DNA from: Octopus vulgaris
Taxonomy: Eukaryota
NCBI GenBank assembly: GCA_951406725.2
Contig: OX597824.1
Coordinates: 9,486,001 to 9,550,000 of the forward strand
Length of the DNA: 64,000 bases
Direction of reading: 5' to 3'
The notes below the pieces were generated by a model, which made no database searches, had not been told where the DNA came from, and saw only the letters and a list, made by a program, of their open reading frames with translations. This document shows, piece by piece, positions 13,680 to 27,217 of this stretch. The translations under genes and the position numbers were made by a program. Each line of letters starts with the position of its first letter. The first letter of the stretch is position 1.

Positions 13680-14127
13680 AGGCAGTGAGCTGGCAGAAAC
13701 CCTAGCAGGCCGGACGAAATGCTTAGCGGCATTCCGTCTGTCTTTATGCTCTGAGTTCGAATTCCGCCGAGGTCGACTTTACCTTTCATCTTTTCGGGGT
13801 CGATAAATTAAGTACCAGATACGCACTGGAGTCGATATAATCAACTTAATCCCTTTGTCTGTCCGTGTTTGTCCTCTCTGTGTTTAGCCCCTTGTGGGCA
13901 GTGAAGAAATAGGTATTTCGTCTGCCGTTACGTTCTGAGTTCAAATTCCACCGAGATCGACTTTGCCTTTCATCCTTTCGGGGTCGATTAAATAAATACC
14001 AGTTAGGCACTGGGGTCGATTAAATAGATACCAGTTAGGCACTGGGGTCGATGTAATCGACTTAATCCCTTTGTTTGTCCTTGTTTGTCCCCGCTATGTT
14101 TAGCCCCTTGTGGGCAATGAAGGAGTA
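13680..14127 (+). mobile_element. SINE family 1, tandem dimer
   Basis: Full copy plus a partial second copy; TSD aactataaatcctt. Confidence 0.88.
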
Positions 14128-14432
14128 ACTATAAATCCTTGAAATATTACTTCCTTTGAATAATTTATTGTAAACAAGTTTAAGATATGTAACACTTCGC
14201 TGTTACCAGGCTATTAATTCCGCTTATGAAAGGGGTTAAATTCAATTCCTTAAGACTAGAAGTACCAACGTGATGTTTGACCACTTGATGCAGCATAGCC
14301 AGATGATTAAGAAAATTTCTAAACAACTGCGAGACTCTGGGTTCGATCATATTGCATGGCAGTTTGCTTTTCATCTCCCTTGGGTCAATTTAAAAACCAA
14401 TCAATTTCTAAATTTCATTGAGGCGTCCAACC

Positions 14433-14663
14433 TATTTTTTACTCCCCACAAGGTGATACACACAGAGGGGACAAACAAGGACAGACAAACGGATCAAGTC
14501 GATTATATCGACCCCAGTGCGAAACTGGTACTTAATTTATCGACACCGAAAGGATGAAAGACAAAGTTGACCTCGGTGGAATTTGAACTCAGAACGTAGC
14601 AGCAGACGAAATACCGCTAAGCATTTCGCCCGACGTGGTAACGTTTCTGCCAGCTCACCGCCT
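14433..14663 (-). mobile_element. SINE family 1
   Basis: 15-bp TSD ttgaggcgtccaacc at 14418-14432 and 14664-14678. Confidence 0.9.
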
Positions 14664-16571
14664 TTGAGGCGTCCAACCCACTCCCGTTAAAATTGTGTCT
14701 TTATTCGGAACTATTATTGTAGAATCAAAAACAGCGGTGTATTGGTTGCGTCGATACAAACACGGAGGACATGACTTGCAAAATAGGTCAACTTTATTGA
14801 TCCCTTTATGGGGAGGGCAATAAAATACACAACCACTCAAGTCCTGGGCTCTATTAAATCGACTACCTTCCCTAGCCCAAATTTCGGGCTTCGTGTCTCT
14901 TCTAGAAATAATTATCACCGTTAAAAAGCAGCAATGGACGAAATACCTTTCTCGATAATTTCTCGCTCTTGTGTTTCTGAGCTTAACTTTCATCCTTCAT
15001 AGAAATCAATAATATAAACTGCCAGTTAAATGAGTGATGCTATTGATGTAATAGATTATCCCTCTGCCCTGGACGTTTTCTGGCCCCTTGTTTCTAAATT
15101 AGAAATAGTAATGATAGAATCAGGAGCGTGGTCGGATTAGCAGAATGGTTTGGGGGATTAGATAAAATTGCTCAGGGTAACTGTCCGGATTTTTTACGTA
15201 CTGATATCAAATACCACATTCCATCCTTGACTGTGCTTGATAAAACTAAGTACCTGTGATGCACTGGTGTCGATTTACTCGGCTAACACCTACACCAAAT
15301 TTCGGATATTATCATTATAGAATCAAGTAAGGTAGAATCGTTACCGTACCGGAAAAAATGCTTAGAGGCGATCCTTCCTTATGTACGCTCTGAGTTCAAA
15401 TTCTGCTGTGGTTGATTTTAGACTTTCGTTCATTCGGGGTTGATAAAATAAGTACCAGTAAGATACTGAGGTCGATGTAACAGACTAACCTCTCTCCCAA
15501 AATTGCTGGTCTTTTTCCAAAATTTGAAACCGATGTTAAAGAATTACATCAACAGGACGAGTTTCGATATTTATTTTCCCCCGTTTTTCAATCGAATCTT
15601 TTTCTAATAAGTTAAATAATATTAAATCTTCTCGGACTCTAAAGACGACTGAAAAAGCTACTCAAGAAGAAGATAATAATTAAAATATCGGAAAATTGGA
15701 AATCTTTCTAATGTCATCTACGTTGACTTTCACCTGCATGCTGAGAATATCTAACAGGCTACCGAATAATTTATTGAAAATAGTTTATCTTGGAAAAACT
15801 GTATCTTGGTGTGTCACTGATAAGGGGATTATATTATTTCCATAATAATTTGTTTTAATAATCTATTTATTTTCTCAGGTGAATTAACTGATCAGATATT
15901 ATCATTTAACATTTAATCCACAGGTAAAAAAAAAAGTGCAAATCAGCAGTCCTTGATTAATAAATTCATATGCCATAAAAAGCGAAATGCTAAAAGCAAT
16001 TAATCCTCCTTTGGTTCTCCTTCCTCTTTGCATAGCTTTCGGCTGGTGGAAGACGCAATGCATGCAAATACTTGAACATTCAAATGGATCTCCGTCGGTT
16101 CGACGATGCTTATTCATTTGTTCGATCAACTGAATTACCTGCTCATTAAATTAGTGTGCATGTGGCTGGGTATTCCAGAGAGACATACCCATTTAATACT
16201 ATTCTCGGAGAGAAACAGCGTGAGAGATGGACTGAATGCGTTAAGCCATGCAATGAACCCAAGACCCACCCGGTAGCTTATTTTATCTGACGTGGATGGA
16301 TGGATGGATGGATGGATGGATGGAAGGCAAATTATGCCCTGGTGAGATCTCAACTCGGGACGAGAGATTTAGAATAATACACTACAACAAATTTGTCCGA
16401 TTGTTTAACAATTCGACCAATTCACCGCCCATTTTGATGATCGTAGAGCCATCTGTCTCATGGTCTCAATATTATATAAAGATAGATTTGACTAAACTCA
16501 TGTTATACATAATCTATAAATCCGAATCTCCTATTTGCACGCGTGTGTGCTAGTATCTATATGCATCTATG

Positions 16572-16602
<31 letters not shown>

Positions 16603-16603
<1 letters not shown>

Positions 16604-16807
16604 GTTAATCCAAACAAAAAAGCACAAAAAAACACAACAAAGCGAGGATGTGGAACAAATATAGTATTATTGGACGCTCAGATAAGAAGGAAAGAAGGAG
16701 GGTTTAACGTTTCGAGCGGTGCTCTTCGTCGGAAACATAGGAGAAGGAAAGATCCAGAGAAGGGAAGACAGAGGAAAAACATCGCCAACGGTACACACGA
16801 GGTCACA
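16603..16807 (-). mobile_element. Short HHR-bearing repeat family A
   Basis: Same family; HHR motif at 16702-16736(-) with core CCGACGA. Flanked by (TATG)n. Confidence 0.8.
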
Positions 16808-16964
16808 TTTATGTACGTATGTATGTATGATGCATGTATGTATGTATGCATGCATGCATGTATGGATGTATGTATGTATGTATGTATGTATGTATTTATG
16901 TATGTATATATGTATGTATGTATGTATGTATATATATATACACATATATGCGTGTGTTTGTGTG

Positions 16965-17003
<39 letters not shown>

Positions 17004-17188
17004 TATACATATATATATATATATACAGTAATCTCTCGCCATATCGCGGTTTATCATTTAAGCTTACGTCGATTCCTCTGTAAAATGCTGCCGAAACAAA
17101 TGTTGCATATGTTCTTATATATGTGTGTATGTGTGTGTGTATTGTTGAACCGTTAATCTGTACATATTTTTTTCCTCACTCCGTTTTT

Positions 17189-17237
<49 letters not shown>

Positions 17238-17249
17238 TCTCTCTCTCTC

Positions 17250-17392
17250 GGTTTCCCTCCTTAATCCTTTCTGCCGAAGATCGCAAGCTAGAAACGTAAA
17301 AGATTTTTGTGTTCTTCCTGAGCGTTAAGCTAATACACCTGCTAGTTGTTCCTGCGCCTGTCTTCGTCTTTCGTTTTCTACAAATTTCAAAT
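17250..17392 (+). mobile_element. Short HHR-like repeat family B (related to A)
   Basis: cttt|CUGCCGA|a|..|GAAA|cg|UA|aaag followed by a cctgagcgtta..ctaatac..gtcttcgtcttt tail. Homologues at 18150-18237(-), 60105-60246(+) and tail only at ~5712-5778. Confidence 0.62.
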
Positions 17393-17398
17393 ATATAT

Positions 17399-17581
17399 AG
17401 GAGTGGCTGTGTAGGCGCAGAAGTGGCTGTGTGGTAAGTAGCTTGTTATCAACCACATGGCTCCGGGCTCAGTCCAACTGCGTGGCGCTGTGGGCAAGGG
17501 TCTTCTACTATGGCCTCGGGCCGACCAAGTCCTTGTGAGTAGATTTGGTAGACGGAAACGGTAAGATTCCCGTCGTATATA

Positions 17582-17636
<55 letters not shown>

Positions 17637-17839
17637 ACGTGTCTACGTTTGTATCCCACCATCTCTTGACAGCCGATGCTGGTGTGTTCACGTCTCCGTA
17701 ACTTAGAGGTTCGGCAAAATAGACCGGTAGAATATGTACTAGACTTACAAAGAATAAGTCTTGGGGTCGATTTGTTCGACTAAAGGCGATGCTCCAGCAT
17801 AGCCGCAGTCAAATGACTGAAGCAAATTAAAAAATAAAA

Positions 17840-17841
<2 letters not shown>
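17399..17841 (+). mobile_element. SINE family 2
   Basis: Full copy with internal (GT)n. Confidence 0.86.
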
Positions 17842-17877
<36 letters not shown>

Positions 17878-17880
<3 letters not shown>

Positions 17881-18083
17881 ATCCAAACATGAAAACACAA
17901 AGAGAAAACACAACAACGCGAAGACGTGGAACAAGTATAGTATTATTGGACGCTCAGGAAGGAAGGGAAGAGGGAGGGTTTAACGTTTCGAGCGGAGCTC
18001 TTCGTCAGAAACATAAGAAAAGGAAAGGTCCAGAGAAGGGAAGACGGAGGAAAAAAAATCGCCAACGGTACACACACGGTCAC
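17878..18083 (-). mobile_element. Short HHR-bearing repeat family A, canonical core
   Basis: 17978-18012(-): gttt|CUGACGA|a|gagc-tcc-gctc|GAAA|cg|UU|aaac. Flanked by (TA)n. Confidence 0.82.
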
Positions 18084-18089
18084 ACTAAG

Positions 18090-18150
<61 letters not shown>

Positions 18151-19173
18151 GTTGGAATTTACGAAACAAAAGAAAAGACGAAGACGGGTGTGTAACGCTC
18201 TGGGAGTGAGAAAATCTTTTACGTTTCGAGCCTACGAGAGAAAAAAAAAAAGATTTTAGTGGCTAACGATGAGTCATAGTGAATACCGGACAGAGATGGT
18301 CCGACAGGAGAGCTAGGAAGAAGGGGAGATAAAGAAGGGTATATATGTATATATATATCACCTTGATCACCTTGACCAACCAGTCCGTCAAGCGTCCATT
18401 TGACACCGCTGGTCACAGCACGCTGTCCACTCCATATATATATATATATATATATATTCAGGATTTATTCATTGAACTCCTGAATATATATATATATATA
18501 TGATTTGCTCTGTGTATTAAACACGCTGGTGTTGAAATTGTAATTTTCCTGCTATGTTTCATTTCTGGTGAGCAATATCTAATAAATCTTGTCGCTCGGT
18601 TGCCCATAGCTATGATATATAATATCATTAGAGTAGCGGTGTACAGGAATTTTGTTGCTCAGACACTGAAGAAGAAATTGGAAAAAGACGGAACTTTATG
18701 TTAAAACGATTGAGTAGCTTCAAGAGACGAGATTCAACTAATGAAAATTTGTAGCATATTTCGTTATTAGACTAATTTAACTGCTTTAGAACGACAACTA
18801 TGAAATATATGAAACATGAATGACAATTCTAGATTTATTGATTGTAACGAATGTTTTAACATGAACTTTAGTTCTTAAAATCAAAACTGACAACTGATCG
18901 ATTAAGGCAATTTCTTTTAAGTGATAAGTGTGTGTCCGTGGGTGTGCGTGTGTCTGCGTGTGTGCCAGTGTGGGTGTATACATATACATATATACATATA
19001 TAGATATGAGTGTGCAGAATATATAGATATATATGTATATATGTATGTATGTATGTGGGTGTATGAGTGTGGTTGTGGATGTGCGTGTGCACGTGTGTGT
19101 GTGTCTGTCGATGTACGTATACGTTTTGCATATATACACATCCCTGTGCTGTGTGTGTATGTATTTATATATA

Positions 19174-19214
<41 letters not shown>

Positions 19215-19216
19215 GT

Positions 19217-19247
<31 letters not shown>

Positions 19248-19250
19248 GAT

Positions 19251-19323
<73 letters not shown>

Positions 19324-19651
19324 TACAGACAAACAGACAGACAGAGAGGGAAACAGATAGAAAGACAGATTAATGATTATTTTTCAATATAGTGACAGCC
19401 AGCTGGAGAGGATGTTCCATGGGGTTAAAGAACAGTAACATCCGTCCTGACCAGGGCAGCTACATTATGTTGGCAAATAATGTTTACTCTAGAGTACTGT
19501 TACTGAATGTTTCTCGCTCAGAGATTTAGAAATAATAATGTTTCTATTCATATACATATGGATAGTGTGTGTGTGTGCGTGTGTGTGTGTGTGTGCATAC
19601 GTGCGTGTGTGTAGAAGTTTCGAAGTGATGTACGTATTATTGTATATTAAG

Positions 19652-20340
19652 AAGGTGGCAACCAGAATTTTTGAATAACTCTAGGCAACAAAATGTCTGC
19701 TATTATTAGACGAAATTGTGCTCATAGGTAATTTGTGAGCGCTGATTCCGACTCTGCAATCATTTTAGCTCTAGCACGTCAATGTTTTTGCGCAATCATT
19801 ATTATGCTGCTATGAAAATTACAGTAATGTGAGAATTCATGACAAATAAAATGAATGTTACGTTAAGCGTAAATTACCGTTATTTGATATCAGAACAATA
19901 GCAACAAGATGGAGCAGCAGCTCTAAAACTATTAAAACACAAAATAAAAAAAGTGTAAAGTGAATATTATTAATTTGATTTTTTTTTTTAAGTAGCTTTG
20001 GCATCTTCTTTTACGCCAATGTTGCATGCCAGTTTCTTGTTCTAAAAACCAGCAATAGTCCGTCAGCATGTTTGATTTAAGTCTGCCACCGTAGCAGCTT
20101 TCTAGTTCTTTGATTTCGTGATGAAATCGTCCACAATACTCATCGCTTACATCGCCTATATTGGGTGAAAAAAAGTCAAGATGAGAGTGGAGAAAATGAA
20201 CTTTTAGAGACACTCTTGCCCCAAGTTGCTTATAAGCTTTCCAAAAAGCCATTCGTAAATGCCACGTAGTTAGGTGATTTTTCATTTCCCCAAAAAAGTT
20301 TTACAAGAGAAATAAACTTTTCTCAAGCACAACCTGGACC
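19652..20340 (-). mobile_element. DNA transposon 3' remnant (SLK.HFLHSHLDFF transposase family)
   Basis: ORF 19932..20285 reads LGARVSLKVHFLHSHLDFFSPNIGDVSDE..RFHHEI..E..Y.GR...MLTDYCWFL, a motif I recall from repeated invertebrate transposon-derived ORFs. Superfamily uncertain. Confidence 0.72.
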
Positions 20341-20764
20341 CCAGTAGTTCTGACTTTTCTTTTGTTACATATAAATATTGATCGTTCGTCTGTATATCTA
20401 TATATGTGTGAGGGTATGGATGTTTAGTATGGTTGTGTAGGTGATTCTTTGAAATCGCTACAGAAGTCGCTGCAGAACATCTTTAATATAGAGAGGGAAT
20501 AGTGAAACGCTTTACACCTGATTTTCTGATTGGATTAGAAACTCATTAGCGATAACAAACTATGACATTCCTTTATTCGTTGACTTCAAAAGCAAGACAC
20601 CTTCAAATGATACCTGACAATAGTGAGGCACAATATGGTCAAGCGAACAATAAAAGAGCTCTTCAGAAATCCAATGATAATTTCGTAAGGCTGGGAAATG
20701 GCTCCAAAAATATTCCTAGCTCGGGATATTAGACTTACAGGGATATTAGGCCACTGAGTGCTCT

Positions 20765-21168
20765 ATTATCGTTTTCTTGTTTCATTCATTGGACTGTCGA
20801 TATACTGGGTTATCGCATTCAAGGGTTTAATAAAACAAATTGACTCTAGTAGTTAATTCTAAAGTCTGGTACTCATTCTGTTGAGTCTTTTGCCGCGCTG
20901 CTAAGTTAAATGGTCGTATACAAACGAAAACCAGTTTTCAAGCTGCGGGGCGTTGGACAAACAAACGGAAACACAAAGACGTATATATGCAAAGATACAA
21001 TGACCCTCCACAAAGTATCCGTCTAACAAATTTACTCACGAAGCATTGGTCAGCCTCGTGCTAAAGTAGAAGACACACTCTCTCTCTCTCTCGGTGCCGT
21101 GCAGTGTGACTGAACACGGAACTATGTGGCTGCAACGCGAGCGTCTTAACCACACAACAATATCTGCT
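20765..21168 (-). mobile_element. SINE family 2, old copy
   Basis: Diverged homology to family 2. Confidence 0.7.
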
Positions 21169-21452
21169 CCATATCTTAACACAGCCATATCTTCAGAAAT
21201 TATTACAATGGGGTTATTGGTTTATTTTCTGACAAACTCTTGCCATGGTTCAGATCCCAAATGGAACGAATCTTTAATAGTCAAATTAAAGTCAAACGCA
21301 ATTGTAATTACACACATTTAACCAAGTCGAAATGAAGAGACTATATTTAAAATCAATAGTAACAGATTATAAAAGCGCAATAAAATCTCTTCGCTATATG
21401 GAAGATTTGCAAACATATATTTTAAAATATCTGTAAGTCGATCACAGAAAAT

Positions 21453-21680
21453 ATGTTACCATTGAAAAAGGAAACACTGCACCATCAATACTACGATGTT
21501 TCGCTTAATGGATGCATAGCACGAAGGGAGATTCCAACACTAGATTCATTATCGGTGGAAGATCTCGGAATTATCTTTGGAAACAATGCAAACTTTTATA
21601 ATTATATTGCTAAGATGGCAACTGTATGTGAGAAACTGACACAGATGATGCTGAGATGGTTTGCACGATAAGAGAAGAGA
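21453..21680 (+). mobile_element. CR1/L2/Jockey-group LINE remnant
   Basis: VEDLGIIFGNNANFYNYIAKMA...MLRWF resembles the post-RT V.DLG...F..HI motif. Confidence 0.45.
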
Positions 21681-22114
21681 ATGGTTAAGAGAAAAACAAA
21701 AGTGTGATGTCGACAACCACAACTGGGTTTCTTGATCAACCGATTCTGAGAAACGAAGAAGAATTCTTAATTTTTTTTCCCTTCGGTTTGATGTAATGAA
21801 AACAGCAGCAATGATGTGTATCTAAGTACTGTTCACTGATTGATGAGATTCAGAGTAAAACATTAAGGATATAAAGTGTGAATTGTCACACAAAATTAGC
21901 AAACATCTACTAAAAGTACCCAGAATTCGGGAAAGATTCTCACTTAAAACTGTTCTGAATAAAAAATATTTTGTTCGTTCATAGAATGAAGGTGAAAAAT
22001 TCTAAAAGAACAATTAGAGAATTTTGTGGCGTGCGATTGCAATTGTTTTCTGGTTTAGGCACAGCCATTTCTAGGAACCTTCGTTTAATTGATAACACTC
22101 GTATACAATTTTAT

Positions 22115-22341
22115 AAGGCGGCGAGCTGGCAGAACCGTTAGCACGCCGGGCGAAATGCGTAGCAGTATTTCGTCTCCCTGTACGTTCTGAGTTCAAATTC
22201 CGCCGAGGCCTACTTTCATCCTTTCGGGATCGATAAATTAAGTACCAGTTACGTACTGGGGTCGATGTAATCGGCTTAATCCGTTTGTCTGTCCTTGTTT
22301 GTCCCCTCTGTGTTTAGCCCCTTGTGGGTAGTAAAGAAACA
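22115..22341 (+). mobile_element. SINE family 1
   Basis: 22-bp TSD gataacactcgtatacaatttt at 22091 and 22342. Confidence 0.9.
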
Positions 22342-22808
22342 GATAACACTCGTATACAATTTTGTCCACTCCGGATTAGATGAAAAGCGAAGCTAATGTC
22401 CTGGAAATTGAACTCAGAAAATAAAGAATCAGAACAAATATCTCAGAGTAACATTTCTGATGCTCCAGCGATTCCGGTAGCTAGCTACAATGATGACGGA
22501 ACATATTTCAAAAAATTGAAAGTCAATAACCTTAAAATATTTTATGTTTCAGATATCAAAATAATACAATAATTATAATAATGCCGTAAAGTACAGAATT
22601 TTTTTGTTCGAAAGATATAGTTCTGGTTGAAATACCAATGTAATTTCCCTCAAAACCAAATTTGCTATCTTTTCATAGGACAAATTGAATGATGATGCTC
22701 GCAGCATATTATTCTAGGAGATAATATGTCATGATTAAAAACGTGTATCGTTATAGATTTGTCTACTGCTTCAGAGCTGGCCATGGGCTAAATAGCAACA
22801 ACGTTATA

Positions 22809-23201
22809 TCTCTCTGTATATAAAGCTGAAGTTGTCTGTGTGCGGCAGGTTTGGTAGCCTTCAACTAACACTATCTCCTCCGAGACCCTGCGGCGCAAGT
22901 TGACCAAAATTGAGAGTATGATAGAAGAAGTCTTGCTCTTCCTTCCGTAGAAGAAATGATTCAAATCGAACCATGTTAACACCAAAAATTATTTACATCA
23001 AAAAGGTGCTTTTTTCTATGAAAATCCCTATTTTTTACGATTTTTTTACTGCTGTGTCGCCATTTTTCAGTGTATTTCAACCAGAAAAATGTTCACTTAA
23101 AGAGAATAACAAGCTACATAATGCAATATTTTTACTTTTCAAAAATTCCAATTCTAAAGGGTTCGAAACACACCTGAGCAACGCCGGAGCGATACTGCTA
23201 G
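22809..23201 (+). mobile_element. Non-autonomous Helitron
   Basis: 5' TC..tatataaagctgaagttgtctgtg; 3' cctgagcaacgccggag hairpin-like motif then CTAG. Sits between A and T, with no TSD. Confidence 0.75.
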
Positions 23202-23572
23202 TCTATGATATATTAAAAGCAAAATGTCTTCATATGTATATTCAGCGGTAATGAAAATTGTTTTAGACTGTTGAAGAAAACAGGAGATAAAAAGAATTCG
23301 CTTCGCTGCTGTCTGGAACATATAAAGAAAGAAAGAAAGAAAAAAAACAAGTGGAAACATTTAGCGGAAGTTAACACAGTTGGTTTGTTAACTTTGCAGA
23401 CTAAGCTGAGATCAGATCAACAGAGATTAAATGGTGAAGCTTGTACACGCACCGGAAACAACAAACTACCGCTGTTTAATAAAAAAGACACCTAATGAAA
23501 TATATGATCGGTTTGGAAACATCTGCTAACGTAATAACATGAAGTCGGTGAATGCTCTTCAGACGCTTGTGT

Positions 23573-23632
<60 letters not shown>

Positions 23633-23940
23633 AGTGTGTGTTTGTGTGTGTTTGTGTATGTGTTTGTATGTGGTGGGGTGTCCTACATTTAACTGACACA
23701 GAAGTACGTAACCCTGATCTTACAAAACAATAAACACTACTCACATCTCTCTCTCTCTCTATCTCTTTCTGTCTCTCTTTATCTCTCACATACACACAGA
23801 CACACACACACACACACATACGATTGTCAACCCCGTCCCACACCGCTACCCAATTGCTGGTACGTTTGAATACCATACTTACCTTGTATTATCCTACTGT
23901 GTAGGTGCATATATATATATGTGTGTGTGTGTGCTAGTGT

Positions 23941-24487
<547 letters not shown>

Positions 24488-24561
24488 CGTTTACTTAAGA
24501 AAACATAAATCGGAGAGGAAGCGCACTCTAAGTAGTAGAGCAGTCAATATTTATTACTGCT

Positions 24562-24770
24562 AAGACGGCGAGCTGGCACATACTGTAGCAAAATGCATAG
24601 CGGCATTTCATCTGTCTTTACGTTCTGAGTTCAAACACCGCTGAGGTCGACTTTGCCTTTCATCAGTTCGGGGTCGATAAATTAAGTAGCAGTTGCGTAC
24701 TGGGGTCGATCTAATCGACAGGCTCCCGCCCCCAAAATTTCGGGCCTTGTGTCTAGAGTAGAAAAGAATA
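24562..24770 (+). mobile_element. SINE family 1 variant with alternative tail (ccccaaaatttcgggccttgtg..agtagaa)
   Basis: Same head and core. The variant tail is also seen at 54555-54748(-), 58523-58743(-) and 60630-60827(+). Confidence 0.8.
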
Positions 24771-25305
24771 TTTATTACTAGTGAAGACCGGTTTATATAT
24801 ATATATATATATATATAACCCCTACACATCTCCTATGTTCGTTGCTTTAGGCTTTTACTTCATACACGCCAGCTCAATTTGATTCATTCTCAGTCGAAAG
24901 ACACCTGTTGTTATTTTCTTGTGTTTGTATTCGTAATTGTGTAACATGTTCTCCGTTTTTTGTTTGGACAAGACATTGATGAGGCGACAAGACACTGATG
25001 AGGCGAATGATAATAATACAAGAGGATAAGGATGGGAGAAGACAGAAACGCCCGCCGACCCATTGTTGCCGTACACATCCGCTAGCTTTCTTACTAAGGG
25101 GTCTAATACTCCTAACTTAGACGTTTGTGGGGAGCAACCAGATCAAACCATCTCAAGGATAACTGCCTGAAATTCTGGTGCTTGACTGAGGAGAGAAAGC
25201 CACGAATGACCCGTCTTTCTTCCTTCTAATTGTTGTTTCTCTCGTCCGCCTTTGTATCGTCTATCTGTCCGAATGTTTTAACATCCTCTATTGCGTTTTT
25301 GTTCC

Positions 25306-25376
<71 letters not shown>

Positions 25377-25391
25377 TATATATATGTATGT

Positions 25392-26255
25392 ATTGTTGTT
25401 GGCATCCTTTCTGTCTCGGGAGACAATGGAGTTCAACATAAAGTAGTTTAGTCCGGCTTTTATATTTCATGTCTTGATACATTTCCTGCTGTGGAACTGT
25501 GTAGTCAATCTATCCTGGACAAACGCTACATGGCATTTTACCGCAAATGTGCGAAGACTGTTCCTGCTGGTTGTAATGCCATAGTCTCTTGTTGACGTCT
25601 CTTCTTTTCTTTCCATTTCTCCTCTCTCTCTCTCTGTCACTCCTTTGTATTCCCTCTTTTACGGTACGTCGCCATTCTCCACGGTTGCCGGCAACTGCCT
25701 CCCAACCGCTAATATTGATGTTGCAGGCCTTCATATCCCTTTTGCAAACATCCTGGTAACGTAAGATCGGTCTACCCACAGACCTAGTACCCCTAGCAAG
25801 CTCTCCGTAGAGTATGACCTTGGGGATTCTGCCATCTTTCATACGGCTAACATGCCCAAGCCATCTCATACGTCCTTGTGTGAGGAGTGCAAACATGCTT
25901 GGTATTCCTGCTTGCCTGAGGACATCTTTGTTGGGGGTATGATTCTGTCATTTGATGCGGAGGATTTTTCGGAGGCAGCGCAGGTGAAAGATGTTTAGGC
26001 GACGCTCTTGGCGTGTGTATAGCGTCCAGGTCTCACTTCCATACAGTAGAGTGCTGAGTACACATGCCTGGTAGATCTTCATTTTCGTGTTCTTGGTCAG
26101 CTTATTGTTGTCCCAAGCCCGTTTGGGGAGTTGGGCCATCGCAGCAGCTGCCTTGCCAATGCGTATATTGATCTCAGCGTCAAGGGATAGGTTGTAGGTA
26201 ACGGTAGAGCCCAGATAGGTAGAGCCCAGATGTATATAGCAGTGATATATAGCCC

Positions 26256-26260
<5 letters not shown>
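25392..26260 (-). mobile_element. RTE-clade LINE 3' fragment, copy 1
   Basis: Translation includes YLGSTVT, KIYQACVLSTLLYGSETWT, RWLGHVSRM and ILYGEL..G.RSVGRP. 3' tail is caacaacaat. Confidence 0.92.
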
Positions 26261-26314
<54 letters not shown>

Positions 26315-26331
26315 TATATATATATGTATGT

Positions 26332-27217
26332 ATTGTTGTTGGCATCCTTTCTGTCTCGGGAGACAATGGAGTTGCGCATAAAGTAGTTTAGTCCGGCTTT
26401 TATATTTCATGTCTTGATACATTTCCTGCTGTGGCTGTGTAGTCCTATCCTGGACAAACGCTCCCTCTGGCAGGTACCGCAAATGTAGCGAAGACTGTTC
26501 CTGGCTGGTTGTAATGCCATAGTCTCTTGTTGACGTCTCTTCTTTTCTTTCCATTTTCCTCTCTCTCTCTCTCTGTCACTCCTTTGTATTCCCTCTTTTA
26601 CGGTACGTCGCCATTCTCCACGGTTGCCGGCAACTGCCTCCCAGCCGCTAATATTGATGTTGCAGGCCTTCATATCCCTTTTGCAAACATCCTTGTAACG
26701 CAAGATCGGTCTACCCACAGACCTAGTACCCCTATGTATAAGCTCTCCGTAGAGTATGTCCTTGGGGATTCTGCCATCTTTCATACGGCTAACATGCCCA
26801 AGCCATCTCATACGTCCTTGTGTGAGGAGTGCAAACATGCTTGGTATTCCTGCTTGCCTGAGGACATCTTTGTTGGGGATATGATTCTGCCATTTGATGT
26901 GGAGGATTTTTCGGAGGCAGCGCAGGTGAAAGATGTTTAGGCGACGCTCTTGGCATGTGTATAGCGTCCAGGTCTCACTTCCATACTGTAGAGTGCTGAG
27001 TACACATGCCTGGTAGATCTTCATTTTCGTGTTCTTGGTCAGCTTATTGTTGTCCCAAGCCCGTTTAAGGGAGTTGGGCCATCGCAGCAGCTGCCTTGCC
27101 AATGCGTATATTGATCTCAGCGTCAAGGGATAGGTTGTAGGTGAAGGTAGAGCCCAGATAGGTAGAGCCCAGATGTATATAGCAGTGATATATAGCCCAG
27201 ATAGGTAGAGCCCAGAT
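26332..27217 (-). mobile_element. RTE-clade LINE 3' fragment, copy 2
   Basis: ORF 26407..27339 ends in the C2H2-like C..C.R...SRIGLHSHSRKC typical of RTE/BovB. Same 5' truncation as copy 1. Confidence 0.93.

Noticed and set aside
24975-25215. Extra hammerheads at ctgatgaggcgaa (~24994) and ctgaggag..cgaat (~25185)
   Set aside because: No helix II or GAAA at a workable spacing; too degenerate to call.
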